Source of the DNA: an uncultured delta proteobacterium
Lineage (GTDB): Bacteria; Myxococcota; Myxococcia; Myxococcales; Myxococcaceae
Assembly: GCA_963711265.1 (NCBI GenBank)
Contig: CAVQDL010000016.1
Span: forward strand, 13,235 to 77,234
Reading direction: 5' to 3'
Length of the DNA: 64,000 nt
The translations under genes and the position numbers were made by a program. The notes beneath the pieces are model-generated. The model had not been told where the DNA came from. It did no database searches and saw nothing but the letters and a program-made list of their open reading frames with translations. This document shows, piece by piece, positions 20,131 through 29,592 of this stretch (positions within the stretch are counted from its first letter, which is position 1; each line of letters opens with the position of its first letter).

Positions 20131-20436
20131 ATGCGCATGCTTATGCACATTGAGCTCCCACTGGAGCCGTTCAACACTGCCGTTCGGAATGGAACCGCAG
20201 GGCAGAAGATGCAGCGAATTCTCGAGGCCATTAAGCCCGAAGCCGCCTATTTCTCAGAAACCCACGGCCACCGCGGCGGCGTCCTAGTCGTGAACGTGAA
20301 GGACCCCTCCGATGTCCCGGCTCTGTCCGAGCCCTGGTTTCTCACGTTTAACGCAGAGGTAGAGTTTCGGATCGCCATGACGCCCGAGGACCTCTTGCGC
20401 GCGAACCTGGATGCGCTGGGAAAGAAGTGGGCTTAG
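20131..20436 (+). CDS. hypothetical protein (101 aa)
   Basis: RBS aggagg precedes ATG 20131. The ORF-track entry starts 54 nt earlier without an RBS. Confidence 0.55.
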   Translation: MRMLMHIELPLEPFNTAVRNGTAGQKMQRILEAIKPEAAYFSETHGHRGGVLVVNVKDPSDVPALSEPWFLTFNAEVEFRIAMTPEDLLRANLDALGKKWA

Positions 20437-20573
20437 AGACTTCGTCGATCGAAATGCTGACAGCCCGTGGCGCGCTACGTTTCCATGCTGCACGGGCGCG
20501 TCCAGACGGGTGACGTGCAACAGGCCCTGGAAGCGATTTGGGGCTCGCGGTCAGCCCGAACGCGGCCATCCCG

Positions 20574-21221
20574 CTAGCCGTGCTTGGTGAGCACCACGTG
20601 GGTAGCACCCGCTGTCGGAACGTGTTCGGTGCATCGGTAACCGAGTTTCGGGACATCGATGCCGGCGAAAAAGGGCTCTCCCGAACCGAGGAGCACGGGC
20701 GCGACGGCCAAGTGCATTTCGTCGATGAGTCCAGCACGCAGGTACTGCCGGAGGGTGGCGACGCCACCGCCGAGCCTGACGTCCCGCTCCTGGGCGGCGT
20801 CCCTGGCGCGTTCGAGCGCGGCGTGGATTCCATCTGTCACGAAGTGAAACGTCGTTCCACCCGCCATGGTGAAGGACGTGCGCGGGTGATTCGTCAGCAC
20901 GAAGACGGGCGTGTGGTAGGGCGGATTGTCGCCCCACCAACCCTTCCACGTCTCATCGGGCCAGGGACCTCGGACGGGTCCAAACATGTTCCGGCCGATG
21001 ACCCACGCGCCGATGTTGTGGAATCCCCGCGCTGCAAACTCATCGTCAGTACCCGTGGTTCCACCAGCCTGGTCAAACATCCTGCGAAAGGTGCGTGTGG
21101 CGAAGGCCCATTCGTGCAGTGCCGACCCACCAACGCCAAGTGGGTTGGCTAGGTCCTGGTTGGGGCCAGCACCGTAACCGTCGATGGAAATGGCGAAGGC
21201 GTGAACACGAAGCTTGGACAT
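20574..21221 (-). CDS. dihydrofolate reductase-family protein (RibD C-terminal domain-like)
   Basis: MSKLRVHAFAISIDGYGAGPNQ...VFVLTNHP...DEMHLAVAPVLLGSGEPFF fits the RibD_C/DHFR fold. Confidence 0.8.
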   Translation of the reverse strand: MSKLRVHAFAISIDGYGAGPNQDLANPLGVGGSALHEWAFATRTFRRMFDQAGGTTGTDDEFAARGFHNIGAWVIGRNMFGPVRGPWPDETWKGWWGDNPPYHTPVFVLTNHPRTSFTMAGGTTFHFVTDGIHAALERARDAAQERDVRLGGGVATLRQYLRAGLIDEMHLAVAPVLLGSGEPFFAGIDVPKLGYRCTEHVPTAGATHVVLTKHG

Positions 21222-21502
21222 GGGGGCACCTTTCTCAGCACCTGCCTGCTTTCAACGGCCCGGTGGCATCCACGGCCAAGGACGTGTTCGGCGACTCCCG
21301 CCACCTCGAGCGAGAGTTTCAGACCATTCACTGAAGCCAGGGAAGTCTCCAGCGTCCCTCCCGCCTTCTTCAATGGTCTTGAGGCGTTGAGACGGTAAGT
21401 CGCCCGCCCGGGGGGCGGCGGGCGCGACGGTCCGTCCTATGGCGAGCCGTCCCGTGCCACCAAGCCTCCGGACGCCGAGGAAACGGATACCTGGAGGGTG
21501 CC

Positions 21503-22435
21503 ATGTGGAAGCACATGTGTTTGCTGGGCAGTCTGTTGTGCGGCTGTGGTGGGGCCGAGCGGCCAGAGTCATCGCTCGTCGGGGCGCTGCCCTCGCGGCA
21601 AACGCTGGAAGTGGTGACTCCGGACAGTGGTGCAGCGACGCGGTCACAGGGTCCCTCGCCCGTCGAGACGGCTCAGCTGTACGTGTTAACCCGGGCGACC
21701 ACCGCCAACGTCAACGAACTGGTCGGCGGGGTACTGGACACGGTCGGTGCCATCTCCCGGAACCCACCGAGCGCCGTCGGCCCTGACAGTGCAGCCTGGG
21801 GTCCCATCAGCGACGCGCTCTCGCCCGTGGCATGGCGACTGGCCATCAGCCGGCTGGGGCCTGCCCAGCACGCATTCCAGCTGGACGTCCGCTCCAAGGC
21901 TGGAGCTGACCGGGATTTCCAACCCTTTCTCCACGGCACATCCGAAGGGGTGAGCCCAGGTGGTCCTACCTTGGGCGCCTTCTCGGTGGACCTTGGCGTC
22001 GTCCAACGACTCGACCCGGTCGCGAATCCCAATGTCGGCCAGATTGTCGCATCGTGGCAACTCCGGACCAGCGGGCGCGAGGTGCACGTCGTCCTTCAAG
22101 GTGTCCACGCACCCGATGCGCCGCCCACCAACGCCGACGTCGTCTCGGTCCTGTTTCCCGATGGTTCCGGTGCCCTGGCCCTCGACGCTGACGCAAGTCT
22201 CCTCGCCAACGGCGATGTCCTGCAGGTCAGTCGCGTAGGCTCGCACTGGATTGCCACCGGAGCGGGTCGGGCCGATGCCGAGGTGCATCAGTTGGATGGC
22301 GGCGGGGGCGCGCAGATGACCGAGTGCTGGAATGCCAGGTTCGAGACCGTCTACGTCCGCGCCGAGACGAGCACGGGCGACGCCGGCACCCAGGGCGATT
22401 CGTCGGCATGTGTCTTCGCCAACCCCCTCCAGTAG
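21503..22435 (+). CDS. secreted (possibly lipo-)protein of unknown function, first gene of the ECF sigma operon
   Basis: The signal peptide is MWKHMCLLGSLLCGCGG. RBS ggaggg precedes ATG 21503, and it sits directly upstream of the sigma factor gene. Confidence 0.6.
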   Translation: MWKHMCLLGSLLCGCGGAERPESSLVGALPSRQTLEVVTPDSGAATRSQGPSPVETAQLYVLTRATTANVNELVGGVLDTVGAISRNPPSAVGPDSAAWGPISDALSPVAWRLAISRLGPAQHAFQLDVRSKAGADRDFQPFLHGTSEGVSPGGPTLGAFSVDLGVVQRLDPVANPNVGQIVASWQLRTSGREVHVVLQGVHAPDAPPTNADVVSVLFPDGSGALALDADASLLANGDVLQVSRVGSHWIATGAGRADAEVHQLDGGGGAQMTECWNARFETVYVRAETSTGDAGTQGDSSACVFANPLQ

Positions 22436-22455
22436 GTGTCTGATGGCATTGACCC

Positions 22456-22983
22456 GTGAAGCCCGGAGACCTCGAGCGGCATATCGCCCAACTCCACCCG
22501 GCAACCTTCGCCTGGGCACTGACGTGCTGCAGCTGGGACAGGACGGAGGCTGAGGAAGTGCTCCATTCGGCCTACCTGCGGGTGCTCGAGGGGCGGGCTC
22601 GCTTCGCGGGGCGTTCCTCCCTCAAGACGTGGCTTTTCTCCGTTGTCCGGACGGTGGCGACGGAGACACGCCGCCGCCGTTGGTTCCGGGACGTCGCGCT
22701 GAAGCGCTGGCTCGACAGGACGCCGGAGCGCGACCACATCGCTGGCCCCGACGAGGCGCTGGCCTCGAAGGAACAGGGCGCGCTGGTACGCAGCGCCCTG
22801 CAGCAACTCGCCGCCCGTCAGCGGGAGGTGCTGGACCTCGTCTTCTTCCACGGGCTGACCATCGAGGAGGCGGCGCAGGTGATGGGAGTTGCGCTTGGTA
22901 CGGCCAGGGTCCATTACCAGCGCGGGAAGCACCGTCTCCTCGCGCTGCTCACTCCGGAGGGAACGAATGAAGCCGGACGATGA
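22456..22983 (+). CDS. ECF (sigma-70 family group IV) RNA polymerase sigma factor
   Basis: Region 2 (TWLFSVVRT) and region 4 (REVLDLVFFHGLTIEEAAQVMGVALGTARVHYQRGKHRL) are both present. Confidence 0.85.
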   Translation: MKPGDLERHIAQLHPATFAWALTCCSWDRTEAEEVLHSAYLRVLEGRARFAGRSSLKTWLFSVVRTVATETRRRRWFRDVALKRWLDRTPERDHIAGPDEALASKEQGALVRSALQQLAARQREVLDLVFFHGLTIEEAAQVMGVALGTARVHYQRGKHRLLALLTPEGTNEAGR

Positions 22984-23338
22984 CGACATCCTGCGGAAAG
23001 CATTTCGCGAGGCGCACCGCAAGGACACCGAACGCATGCCCTCCTTCGACCAAGCATGGAGGGCAGCACGACGCAGCGGCCAGACTCGCCCCTCCGCAGT
23101 ACCGTGGCTCGTGACATGCGCCACCTTGGTCACGGCGGCGGGGCTGGCGGTGTGGCTGGTTAGCCAGCTCGGCCCTCCGCCAGCCCAGCTCCCCACCGGG
23201 GCCGCTTGGAGGGGCCCGACTGATTTTCTCCTCGAGACCCCGGGGTTGGTCACGCTGCGGACCGTCCCCCAGCTGGTCCCGACCCTCCCTGACTCAGTCT
23301 TGCGTCCGGACCCGGCCGCCCGTCGAGGCAATCCATGA
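22967..23338 (+). CDS. anti-sigma factor (single TM)
   Basis: It starts MKPDDDDILRKAF, overlapping the sigma gene stop by 17 nt. One TM helix is present (VPWLVTCATLVTAAGLAVWLV). Confidence 0.6.
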   Translation: MKPDDDDILRKAFREAHRKDTERMPSFDQAWRAARRSGQTRPSAVPWLVTCATLVTAAGLAVWLVSQLGPPPAQLPTGAAWRGPTDFLLETPGLVTLRTVPQLVPTLPDSVLRPDPAARRGNP

Positions 23339-23802
23339 CTCGCCGTCCAACTGGTCGTCCGCTCTTCTACTTGCTCGCCGTCCTGGCGCTGTCCCAGCCT
23401 GTCGCGGCTCAGGAGGGACAGAAGCCTTCGCCCGCCGCGCACGGCACCCAGCCCAGCGACCCCATCGGCGGCAGACTCTTCCCGCCGGAGCTCATCATGA
23501 GCCACCAGGCGGAGCTCGGCATCGACGAGCGTCAGCGCGACGCCATCCTCAAGGAACTCGAGCGCGCGCAGGCGCAGTTTCCACGGCTGCAATGGCAGCT
23601 GCAGGCGGCCACCGAGCAGCTGAGCAGTCTCCTCGACGCGCCGAAAATCGACGAGGCCAGAGCCCTGGCGCAGGCCGCTGAAGTCATGAAGCTGGAGACG
23701 GAAATCAAGAAGGCCCACCTGGGGCTACTCATCCGAATTCGCAACCTGCTCACCGACGCACAGCGGTCGAAACTCCTCGAGCTCAGGCGAGCAACGCCCT
23801 AG
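23335..23802 (+). CDS. periplasmic Spy/CpxP-like protein (LTXXQ motif family)
   Basis: It has a signal peptide and the motif LTDAQRSKLLEL. Its start overlaps the anti-sigma stop (ATGA). Confidence 0.65.
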   Translation: MTRRPTGRPLFYLLAVLALSQPVAAQEGQKPSPAAHGTQPSDPIGGRLFPPELIMSHQAELGIDERQRDAILKELERAQAQFPRLQWQLQAATEQLSSLLDAPKIDEARALAQAAEVMKLETEIKKAHLGLLIRIRNLLTDAQRSKLLELRRATP

Positions 23803-23924
23803 ACGAGTCCGCGCTCCCTTTTTCACCGGGCGACCCCCAGCCGACCGTCGCCGACTCTTCCTCGTGCCAGCGGTGGCACATCCGACCACTCACGCCGAGC
23901 CGCAGAGGGTGGCGCAAGTGGGGT

Positions 23925-26814
23925 ATGAAGATGGGCATGCGCATTGGCCTCTCGGCCCGACCACCGGCCACCCGCTCCTTGCTCCGGGCCGCCCTTCTGG
24001 CGCTGGCCGCTTGCCACAGCTCGCCTCCGCCTCCGGTGCCGTTTGTCAAGCCGACGTTCACGTTCGAGAGTGGCCCCGTCCGGCCAGTCGTGCTCTCCCC
24101 GGACGGCTCTCGGCTGTTCGTCGCCAACACCTCGAATGGGTCACTGGACATCTTCAGCGTGGCAAACAGCGGCCTCTCCTTCGCTTCTACAGTTTACGTC
24201 GGGCTCGAGCCGGTCGCGGTCGCGGCCCGCAGCAATACCGAGGTTTGGGTCGTCAACCAGGTGTCTGACAGCGTCAGCATTGTCGACGTCAGCAGCGCCG
24301 CCTCCGCACGTCGTGCGGACGCTCCTGGTTGGCGACGAACCGTGCGACATCGTCTTCGGTGGTACCGGCGGAAGTCGGGCCTTCATCACCACGGCCCACC
24401 GCGGACAACAGCGGACCGACCCCTCCCTGGCGGGGATTCCGGGTGCCGGGGACCCCCAGCTGACGACCGCCGGGGTCGGTCGCGCAGACGTCTGGGTGTT
24501 CGACGCTACCGCGCTCGGCACCAGCGTCGGCGGAACACCGCTGGCAGTCGTCTCGCTCTTCGGTGACACGCCGCGGGCACTCGCCGTCACGCCCGACGGC
24601 AACACCGTCTATGTCGCAGTCTTCAAGTCGGGCAACCAGACGATGGCGACCTCGTCGTTGCCCTGCGATGGCTTCGACACCTCCGACGCTGGGCCTGGCT
24701 GCACGGTGCTGGGCGTGACGGTTCCCGGTGCGCCCCCGGGCCCTGCGACCGACTCTGCCGGTCGCAACGCGCCGAAGGTGGGACTCCTCCTCAAAACGGA
24801 CGCCCGTGGCACGTGGCGGGATGTGCTGGGCCGCGACTGGACCAGCGCGACGGCCTTTGGCTTGCCGGACCAGGACGTCTTCGCCATCGACACGATGACA
24901 CTGCAGACAACCGCCACCTACTCGCGCGTGGGGACGACGCTCTTCAACCTGGCCGTGAATCCCGCGAGTGGTGTCGTCTATGTCTCCAACACGGAGGCGC
25001 GAAATGACCTGCGCTTCGAAGGCCCCGGAATCTTCGCGGGTCAGACGCTGCAGGGGCATCTCGCAGAGGCGCGCATCACGGTCCTGAGCGACGGGGGCGT
25101 CCAGCCTCGGGCCTTGAACAAGCACATCAATTACTCGGTGCTGCCGGCGCCAGCCACGACCATGCAGCACAGCCTGTCCATGCCGCTCCAACTGGTGGTC
25201 AGTGCGGACGGGAAGACCCTTTACGTGGCGGCGTTCGGGTCATCGAAGGTTGGCGTGTTCCCGGCGGCGGCAATCGATAACGACTCCTTCGACCCCGTCA
25301 CGCTGAGCGTGAACTACCTCTCCGTGAGTGGGGGGGGACCCGGTGGTCTCGCGCTGGACGAGACCAATCATCGCCTCTACGTCACCACGCGTTTCGACGA
25401 TGGACTCTCGGTGATTGACCTCGCGACGGGCCTCGAAACCGTGCACCTCCAGCTTGTAAACCCGGAGCCGCCGGCGGTTACGGCCGGGCGCCCATTTCTC
25501 TACGACTCGACGCGCACCTCCTCCAACGGGGAGGCGTCCTGTGCGAGCTGCCACATGTTCGGCGACAAGGACAACTTGGTTTGGGATCTCGGCAACCCGG
25601 ACGGCGACACCGTGACCACGCCAATCAACATCAAGCTCAGTGCGGGGGCGGCCACCCAACCAAACATCAACGGGAGCGGCCAGGTGGCCGTGCTCCACCC
25701 GATGAAGGGCCCGATGAGCACGCAGACGCTGCGGGGGCTGGTGAATCACGGACCCATGCACTGGCGAGGCGACCGGGTGGCGGGCTTCTTCGGCACCGAC
25801 ACGAGGACAGCCCCGCCCTACGACTCGACGCTGGGCTTCAAGAACTTCATCGTGGCGTTCAACAGCCTGGTCGGGCTGGGCCCCGCCTTTCCCGATGCGG
25901 ACATGCAGACATTCGCAAACTTCGCACTCTCCATCGTCATGCCGCCCAACCCGGTGCGGGCCCTGGACAATTCGCTCAACCCGGCACAGGCGGCAGGCCG
26001 GTCGTTTTTCCTTGGCTGTGATGGGCTCGACAGCGTTACGGGGGCCCCCGTCCAGTGTCCTGACGGGGGTCCGCCCGCGAGCGGCGGTCACTTCGCTGAC
26101 GGCATCCGAATTCAGACGCTCGGATTCACCTGCCAGGGGTGCCACGTCTTGAACCCGGCCATGGGCTTCTTCGGAACCGACGGTGAGAGCAGCTTCGAGG
26201 CACTCCCCCAGACGGCGAAAATCCCGCAGCTCAGGAACCTCTACGACAAAGTGGGCATGTTCGGTTCCCCACCAAATCTCCGGACAGTCCCCGGTGACAA
26301 TGCCTATACGGGCCCTCAGGTACGCGGCGTTGGCTTCGAGCACGACGGCAGTGTCGACACCATCTTCCGCTTTCTTCAGGCAAACGTCTTCCAGAGCGCA
26401 GACGGCGCGCGCATCGGCTTCGCGGGGGGCGACCCGCAACGCCGAAACGTCGAGCAGTACCTTCTCGCCTTTGACAGCGACCTGGCCCCCATCGTCGGCC
26501 AGCAGGTCACCCTTCGCGCAGACAATGCCGCAAATGTCGGACCGCGCATCGACCTCCTGATTGCGCGTGCAGGCACGCATTTCGCGTCGCAGATTCTGGG
26601 CTCGAATGCGACGGAGTGTGACCTCATCGCCCGTGTGGTGGTCGGCGGGGCGGCAAGGACATTTCTGCTGAAGACGGACGGGACCTTCGCGCCGGACGAC
26701 GGGCCAGCCCTGTCGGATTCGGCGTTGCGTTCCTTGGCAGCAATGCCGGGGCAGGAAGTGACTTACACCTGCCTGCCTCCCGGCTGGGCCACCCCCCGCC
26801 CTGCAACCCCATAA
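23925..26814 (+). CDS. lipoprotein fusing an N-terminal YVTN-type beta-propeller to a di-heme cytochrome c peroxidase-like domain; interrupted by a -1/+2 frameshift near 24295-24310
   Basis: Frame 1 (from 23925) has a lipobox (LALAAC) and propeller repeats (SPDGSRLFVANTSNGSLDIFSV...VWVVNQVSDSVSIVDV). Frame 2 (from about 24300 to 26814) continues with PPHVVRTLLVGDEPCDIVF... and two heme-c motifs, CASCH and CQGCH. Confidence 0.7.
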
Positions 26815-26866
26815 ACCGCGCGCTGCGCCGCGGCGTCTTCAGTCGACTGACATCGACAAGCGTCGC

Positions 26867-27244
26867 TTAGCCCGTCGCGCGCACCGCCTCGTAAAGGGGT
26901 TGTATTTGAACGAGTCCGGGTGTGGGCGGCCCTCGCTGTCGGTCTGTACCAGCCGATGATGTCGCGGAAGGGCGCGTCACCATGTGGGTTCGCTGTGCGT
27001 AGATGTACTCGCCGGCGGCGACCTTCGCCCCCTCCAGGATTCCGGGCCTCACCGACAGCCCGCCCTTCATGTAGCGCGTGAAGAGCTCGACGAAGTACGG
27101 AGCGGTCGCCAGAGACTTCCAGTTGGCCTTCGCGCCAGGCTCAGCGAAGTGTCCGACGACGACGACTTCGGACGCCGCTGTCTTTGACTTGTACGCCAAC
27201 ACCAGGGACGCGGTGTCGGCCCGGGCAACCTGCACCAGCACCAC
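26867..27244 (-). CDS. hypothetical ORF, possibly a gene remnant
   Basis: 125 aa with coding-like GC3 bias (YFVELFTRYMKGGLSVRPGILEGAKVAAGEYIYAQ). It has no recognisable domain or convincing start context, and the surrounding 26820-27800 region otherwise lacks genes. Confidence 0.3.
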   Translation of the reverse strand: MVLVQVARADTASLVLAYKSKTAASEVVVVGHFAEPGAKANWKSLATAPYFVELFTRYMKGGLSVRPGILEGAKVAAGEYIYAQRTHMVTRPSATSSAGTDRQRGPPTPGLVQIQPLYEAVRATG

Positions 27245-27805
27245 GAACGGTGGATTCCTAGATGCGATTCCTCAGGCGGGCCCCACCCGGCCCGACGCAC
27301 CAGCGCGGAGATTCGCTCTCGGAACGAGCTGTCGTCGTTGCGCAGCTTCCAGGGCTCACTCCCTCGAGACGAGGGCTTCTGTCTCGCCTTCCTTCGCCCA
27401 GGCGTGGAGACAGAAGGTCCCAAGACTCAAATCCTGCCTTGGCGACCCCCTGGGAATCCCACCGCCCGAACGTGTAGTTGTACGACGCACTTCGTTGTGC
27501 GGTGGAGCCGTCCGGGTGCGGTTTTGCGGAGAGCGGAGGACACGAACCTCAGCCCCGGTCTTGGGGCCGCACCGTGTAGCAAACGGGCCGCCAGGCCTCC
27601 TGGCGTTCACTCTCCAGTAGCGGAAGGCGGAGGTCTTGAACCCCAGTCACTTGCGCGACCGCATCCGTTTCGAGCGGAGCCCAGACGCATGTCCAGTTCA
27701 CCTTCCAGTTTCGTCACATACTTGGGCCCGACGACGCCTGGGCCCGTCCACCCCGTTGCGAGGGGCCGTCCAGGACGCACGCCTGGAGGGCCCCTCGCCC
27801 GCCTG

Positions 27806-28348
27806 TTAATCTTCCAGTTCGGTGTTCCAGTACGCCACCGACTGGAGCCACTGCTTCCACGGCTCGGGCATTCCCTTCCGCCACGTGAAGGTGAGGCGCA
27901 CGACGTCCGGAAGCGACTTCGGCTTGGCCGGCGCCTGGACCAGCTTCATCCCGGACTGGCCGGGCGTGCGTCCCCCCTTTCGCTGGTTGCAGGGCGTGCA
28001 CGACACCACGACGTTGTCCCAGGCGGTGTGGCCACCCTGCGCCTTGGGCACGACGTGGTCATAGGTGAAGTCGTGGCGGGGGACGGACCTCGAGCAGTAC
28101 TGGCACTTGCCCTTGTCGCGCGTGTAGACGTTCTCCCGGTTGAACTTGATGCCCGTCCGCTTTCCCCGGATGGCCCGGAGGAACCGAATGACCGCGGGCA
28201 CCCGGAACTCGAGCGTCACGCTCCGCACCGTCTTGTCCTGGTACTCCTCCACCACTTCCACCTTTCCCTCCCACAGCAGCGTGATGGCCCGCTGCCAAGT
28301 CACGCGAGCAACGGGGAGGTACCTGATGTCCAGCACGAGTGTTTCCAT
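27806..28348 (-). CDS. HNH endonuclease (McrA-like)
   Basis: CQYCSRSVPRHDFTYDHVVPKAQGGHTAWDNVVVSCTPCNQRKGG is the HNH CxxC...H...N...CxxC core. Confidence 0.85.
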   Translation of the reverse strand: METLVLDIRYLPVARVTWQRAITLLWEGKVEVVEEYQDKTVRSVTLEFRVPAVIRFLRAIRGKRTGIKFNRENVYTRDKGKCQYCSRSVPRHDFTYDHVVPKAQGGHTAWDNVVVSCTPCNQRKGGRTPGQSGMKLVQAPAKPKSLPDVVRLTFTWRKGMPEPWKQWLQSVAYWNTELED

Positions 28349-28387
28349 CGCTCGCTCCTTTCCGCGGCCGGCGGCCGCCGTTCAAAG

Positions 28388-28476
28388 TGGTACCCCGAGG
28401 GAGAGTCGAACTCCCATGCCCGTTGGAAGGGGCGCCAGGGTCTGAGCCTGGTGTGTCTGCGTTTCACCATCGGGGC
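28388..28476 (-). tRNA. tRNA-Leu (CAG), type II, CCA encoded
   Basis: The reverse complement is GCCCCGA-TG-GTGAAACGCAGACAC-ACCAGG CTCAGAC CCTGG-long variable arm-GGGAG TTCGACT CTCCC-TCGGGGT-ACCA. Confidence 0.8.
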
Positions 28477-28483
28477 GTTTGTG

Positions 28484-28556
28484 TACCGGACCAGGGAATC
28501 AAACCCTGCGCAGCCTCCATGTGAGGGAGGCATCACCTTCAGGTGGACTGTCCGGC
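28484..28556 (-). tRNA. tRNA-Val (CAC)-like with an aberrant D-arm
   Basis: The acceptor is GCCGGAC/GTCCGGT. The anticodon arm is CCTCC CTCACAT GGAGG and the T-arm is CAGGG TTTGATT CCCTG. The D region (TCCACCTGAAGGTGAT) folds only with a 4-nt loop. Confidence 0.55.
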
Positions 28557-28559
28557 ATG

Positions 28560-28630
28560 TCGTGACGGCAGGAGTCGAACCTGCGCTGGCGGCTTATGAG
28601 ACCGCTGCCTTTCCACTTGGCGACGTCACG
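28560..28630 (-). tRNA. tRNA-Met (CAT) (or a lysidine-modified Ile2 tRNA; the two cannot be told apart here)
   Basis: CGTGACG-TC-GCC AAGTGGAAA GGC-A-GCGGT CTCATAA GCCGC-CAGC-GCAGG TTCGACT CCTGC-CGTCACG-A. Confidence 0.7.
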
Positions 28631-28635
28631 AGGAG

Positions 28636-28707
28636 TGCCCCAGCAGGGATTCGAACCCTGACCTTTCGTTTAGAAGACGATGGACCTTCCAGTTAATCGA
28701 CCGGGGC
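28636..28707 (-). tRNA. tRNA-Arg (TCT)
   Basis: GCCCCGG-TC-GATT AACTGGAA GGTC-C-ATCGT CTTCTAA ACGAA-AGGT-CAGGG TTCGAAT CCCTG-CTGGGGC-A. Confidence 0.7.
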
Positions 28708-28709
28708 AG

Positions 28710-28778
28710 TACCCCCAGAGCGAATCGAACGCTCTCACCACGGTTCGTAACCGCGGGGCCGGGTCCATCGGTGGGGGC
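28710..28778 (-). tRNA. tRNA-Arg (ACG), shortened D-arm (69 nt)
   Basis: The acceptor is GCCCCCA/TGGGGGT. The anticodon arm is CGCGG TTACGAA CCGTG and the T-arm is GAGCG TTCGATT CGCTC. The D region is only 16 nt. Confidence 0.6.
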
Positions 28779-28785
28779 AAACAGT

Positions 28786-28855
28786 TACCCCGTGACCGAG
28801 TTGAACGGTCTCGCTCGCCTTCGGACGGCGGGGTCCAGAATCCGCTGGACGGGGC
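28786..28855 (-). tRNA. tRNA-Arg (CCG), D-stem shifted toward the acceptor (70 nt)
   Basis: The acceptor is GCCCCGT/ACGGGGT. The anticodon arm is CGCC GTCCGAA GGCG and the T-arm is GACCG TTCAACT CGGTC. Confidence 0.6.
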
Positions 28856-28873
28856 GCGACATGGGAACAGCAA

Positions 28874-28943
28874 TGGACCGTCCAGGGATTGAACCTGGCG
28901 AGCTCGGTGTGCAAAGCCAAGCGGCACTCCAGTGACACGGCCC
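28874..28943 (-). tRNA. tRNA-Ala (TGC) carrying G3:U70, truncated D-arm
   Basis: The acceptor GGGCCGT/ACGGTCC gives a G3-U70 pair. The anticodon loop TTTGCAC is identical to the E. coli tRNA-Ala(UGC) loop. The T-arm is CCAGG TTCAATC CCTGG. The D-loop is about 2-4 nt. Confidence 0.55.
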
Positions 28944-28961
28944 GTCCTTTACAACCACGTA

Positions 28962-29034
28962 TGCCGCCCGCTGGAATCGAACCAGCGTCTCCCGGGCTTC
29001 AACCGGGCGCCTTGACCACGTCGGCCAGAGCGGC
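28962..29034 (-). tRNA. tRNA-Phe (GAA)
   Basis: GCCGCTC-TG-GCC GACGTGGTCAAG GC-CCCGG TTGAAGC CCGGG-AGAC-GCTGG TTCGATT CCAGC-GGGCGGC-A. Confidence 0.75.
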
Positions 29035-29042
29035 ATTTGTAG

Positions 29043-29114
29043 CGCCTCGTACGGGAGTCGAACCCGTCTCACCCAGTAGACAGCCGGGGACCTTCACCAG
29101 AGGGACAACGAGGC
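29043..29114 (-). tRNA. tRNA-Asp (GTC)-like, with U37 and a weak D-stem
   Basis: The acceptor GCCTCGT/ACGAGGC is a perfect pair. The anticodon arm is CCCGG CTGTCTA CTGGG, the T-arm is ACGGG TTCGACT CCCGT and the discriminator is G. Confidence 0.6.
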
Positions 29115-29119
29115 ATCAG

Positions 29120-29202
29120 GGCGACTGGCGAGAGTCGAACTCGCTCGAGGCCTTCGCCTCGCGGGGCCACAACCCGCTGGTCCACCGTTGACCGTCGGCC
29201 GC
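29120..29202 (-). tRNA. tRNA-His (GTG)-like with G-1/C73 but an unexpected long variable arm (83 nt)
   Basis: GCGGCCG-AC-GGTC AACGGTG GACC-A-GCGGG TTGTGGC CCCGC-GAGGCGAAGGCCTC-GA-GCGAG TTCGACT CTCGC-CAGTCGC-C. An encoded G precedes position 1. Confidence 0.5.
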
Positions 29203-29208
29203 CGTACA

Positions 29209-29279
29209 TAGGGACGGTTGGAGTCGAACCAACGTCTTGCGCTTATCAAGCGCACGCTCTGCCATTGAGCGACGTCCCC
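29209..29279 (-). tRNA. tRNA-Ile (GAT)
   Basis: Fully canonical: GGGGACG-TC-GCTC AATGGCA GAGC-G-TGCGC TTGATAA GCGCA-AGAC-GTTGG TTCGACT CCAAC-CGTCCCT-A. Confidence 0.85.
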
Positions 29280-29371
29280 ACAAAGTGCGACTGCAAGCAG
29301 AAGCCCGTTGGGTCAGCTCGCCCGTTTTCCGTCTGGGCGGGACCATGCGGCCGAGACCCTGCTTCACAAGA

Positions 29372-29444
29372 AGGCGCCGGGGGGAGTTGAACCCACCGTT
29401 CCCGGGTTGAGAACCCGGTGGCCTGCCCGTTGGCCGACGGCGCC
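29372..29444 (-). tRNA. tRNA-Glu (CTC)
   Basis: GGCGCCG-TC-GGCC AACGGGCA GGCC-A-CCGGG TTCTCAA CCCGG-GAACG-GTGGG TTCAACT CCCCC-CGGCGCC-T. Confidence 0.65.
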
Positions 29445-29505
29445 GTGACCCTCTGCTGTTGGGCAGCCGACGCCTGCCCTTCTCCTCATGGTGCGCGCCC
29501 TGGAA

Positions 29506-29578
29506 CTGACCGGGCAGGACTCGAACCTGCGCAGACGCGGGTTAACGGCCCGCCGCTCTTCCGCTGAGCTACCGGTCA
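29506..29578 (-). tRNA. tRNA-Asn (GTT) with U1:A72, G73 and an unusual C33
   Basis: TGACCGG-TA-GCTC AGCGGAA GAGC-G-GCGGG CCGTTAA CCCGC-...-GCAGG TTCGAGT CCTGC-CCGGTCA-G. The T-loop TTCGAGT and U1-A72/G73 match Asn identity. Confidence 0.7.
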
Positions 29579-29592
29579 AGGTTGCCTCCTTG

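Noticed and set aside
25240-26580. 446-aa ORF on the minus strand
   Set aside because: It is entirely antisense to the peroxidase-like gene. Its composition is Arg/Ala/Gly-rich and low-complexity, typical of spurious ORFs in 70% GC DNA.
27338-28696. 452-aa plus-strand ORF
   Set aside because: It runs through the HNH gene in antisense and across four tRNA genes. It has no domain-like sequence.
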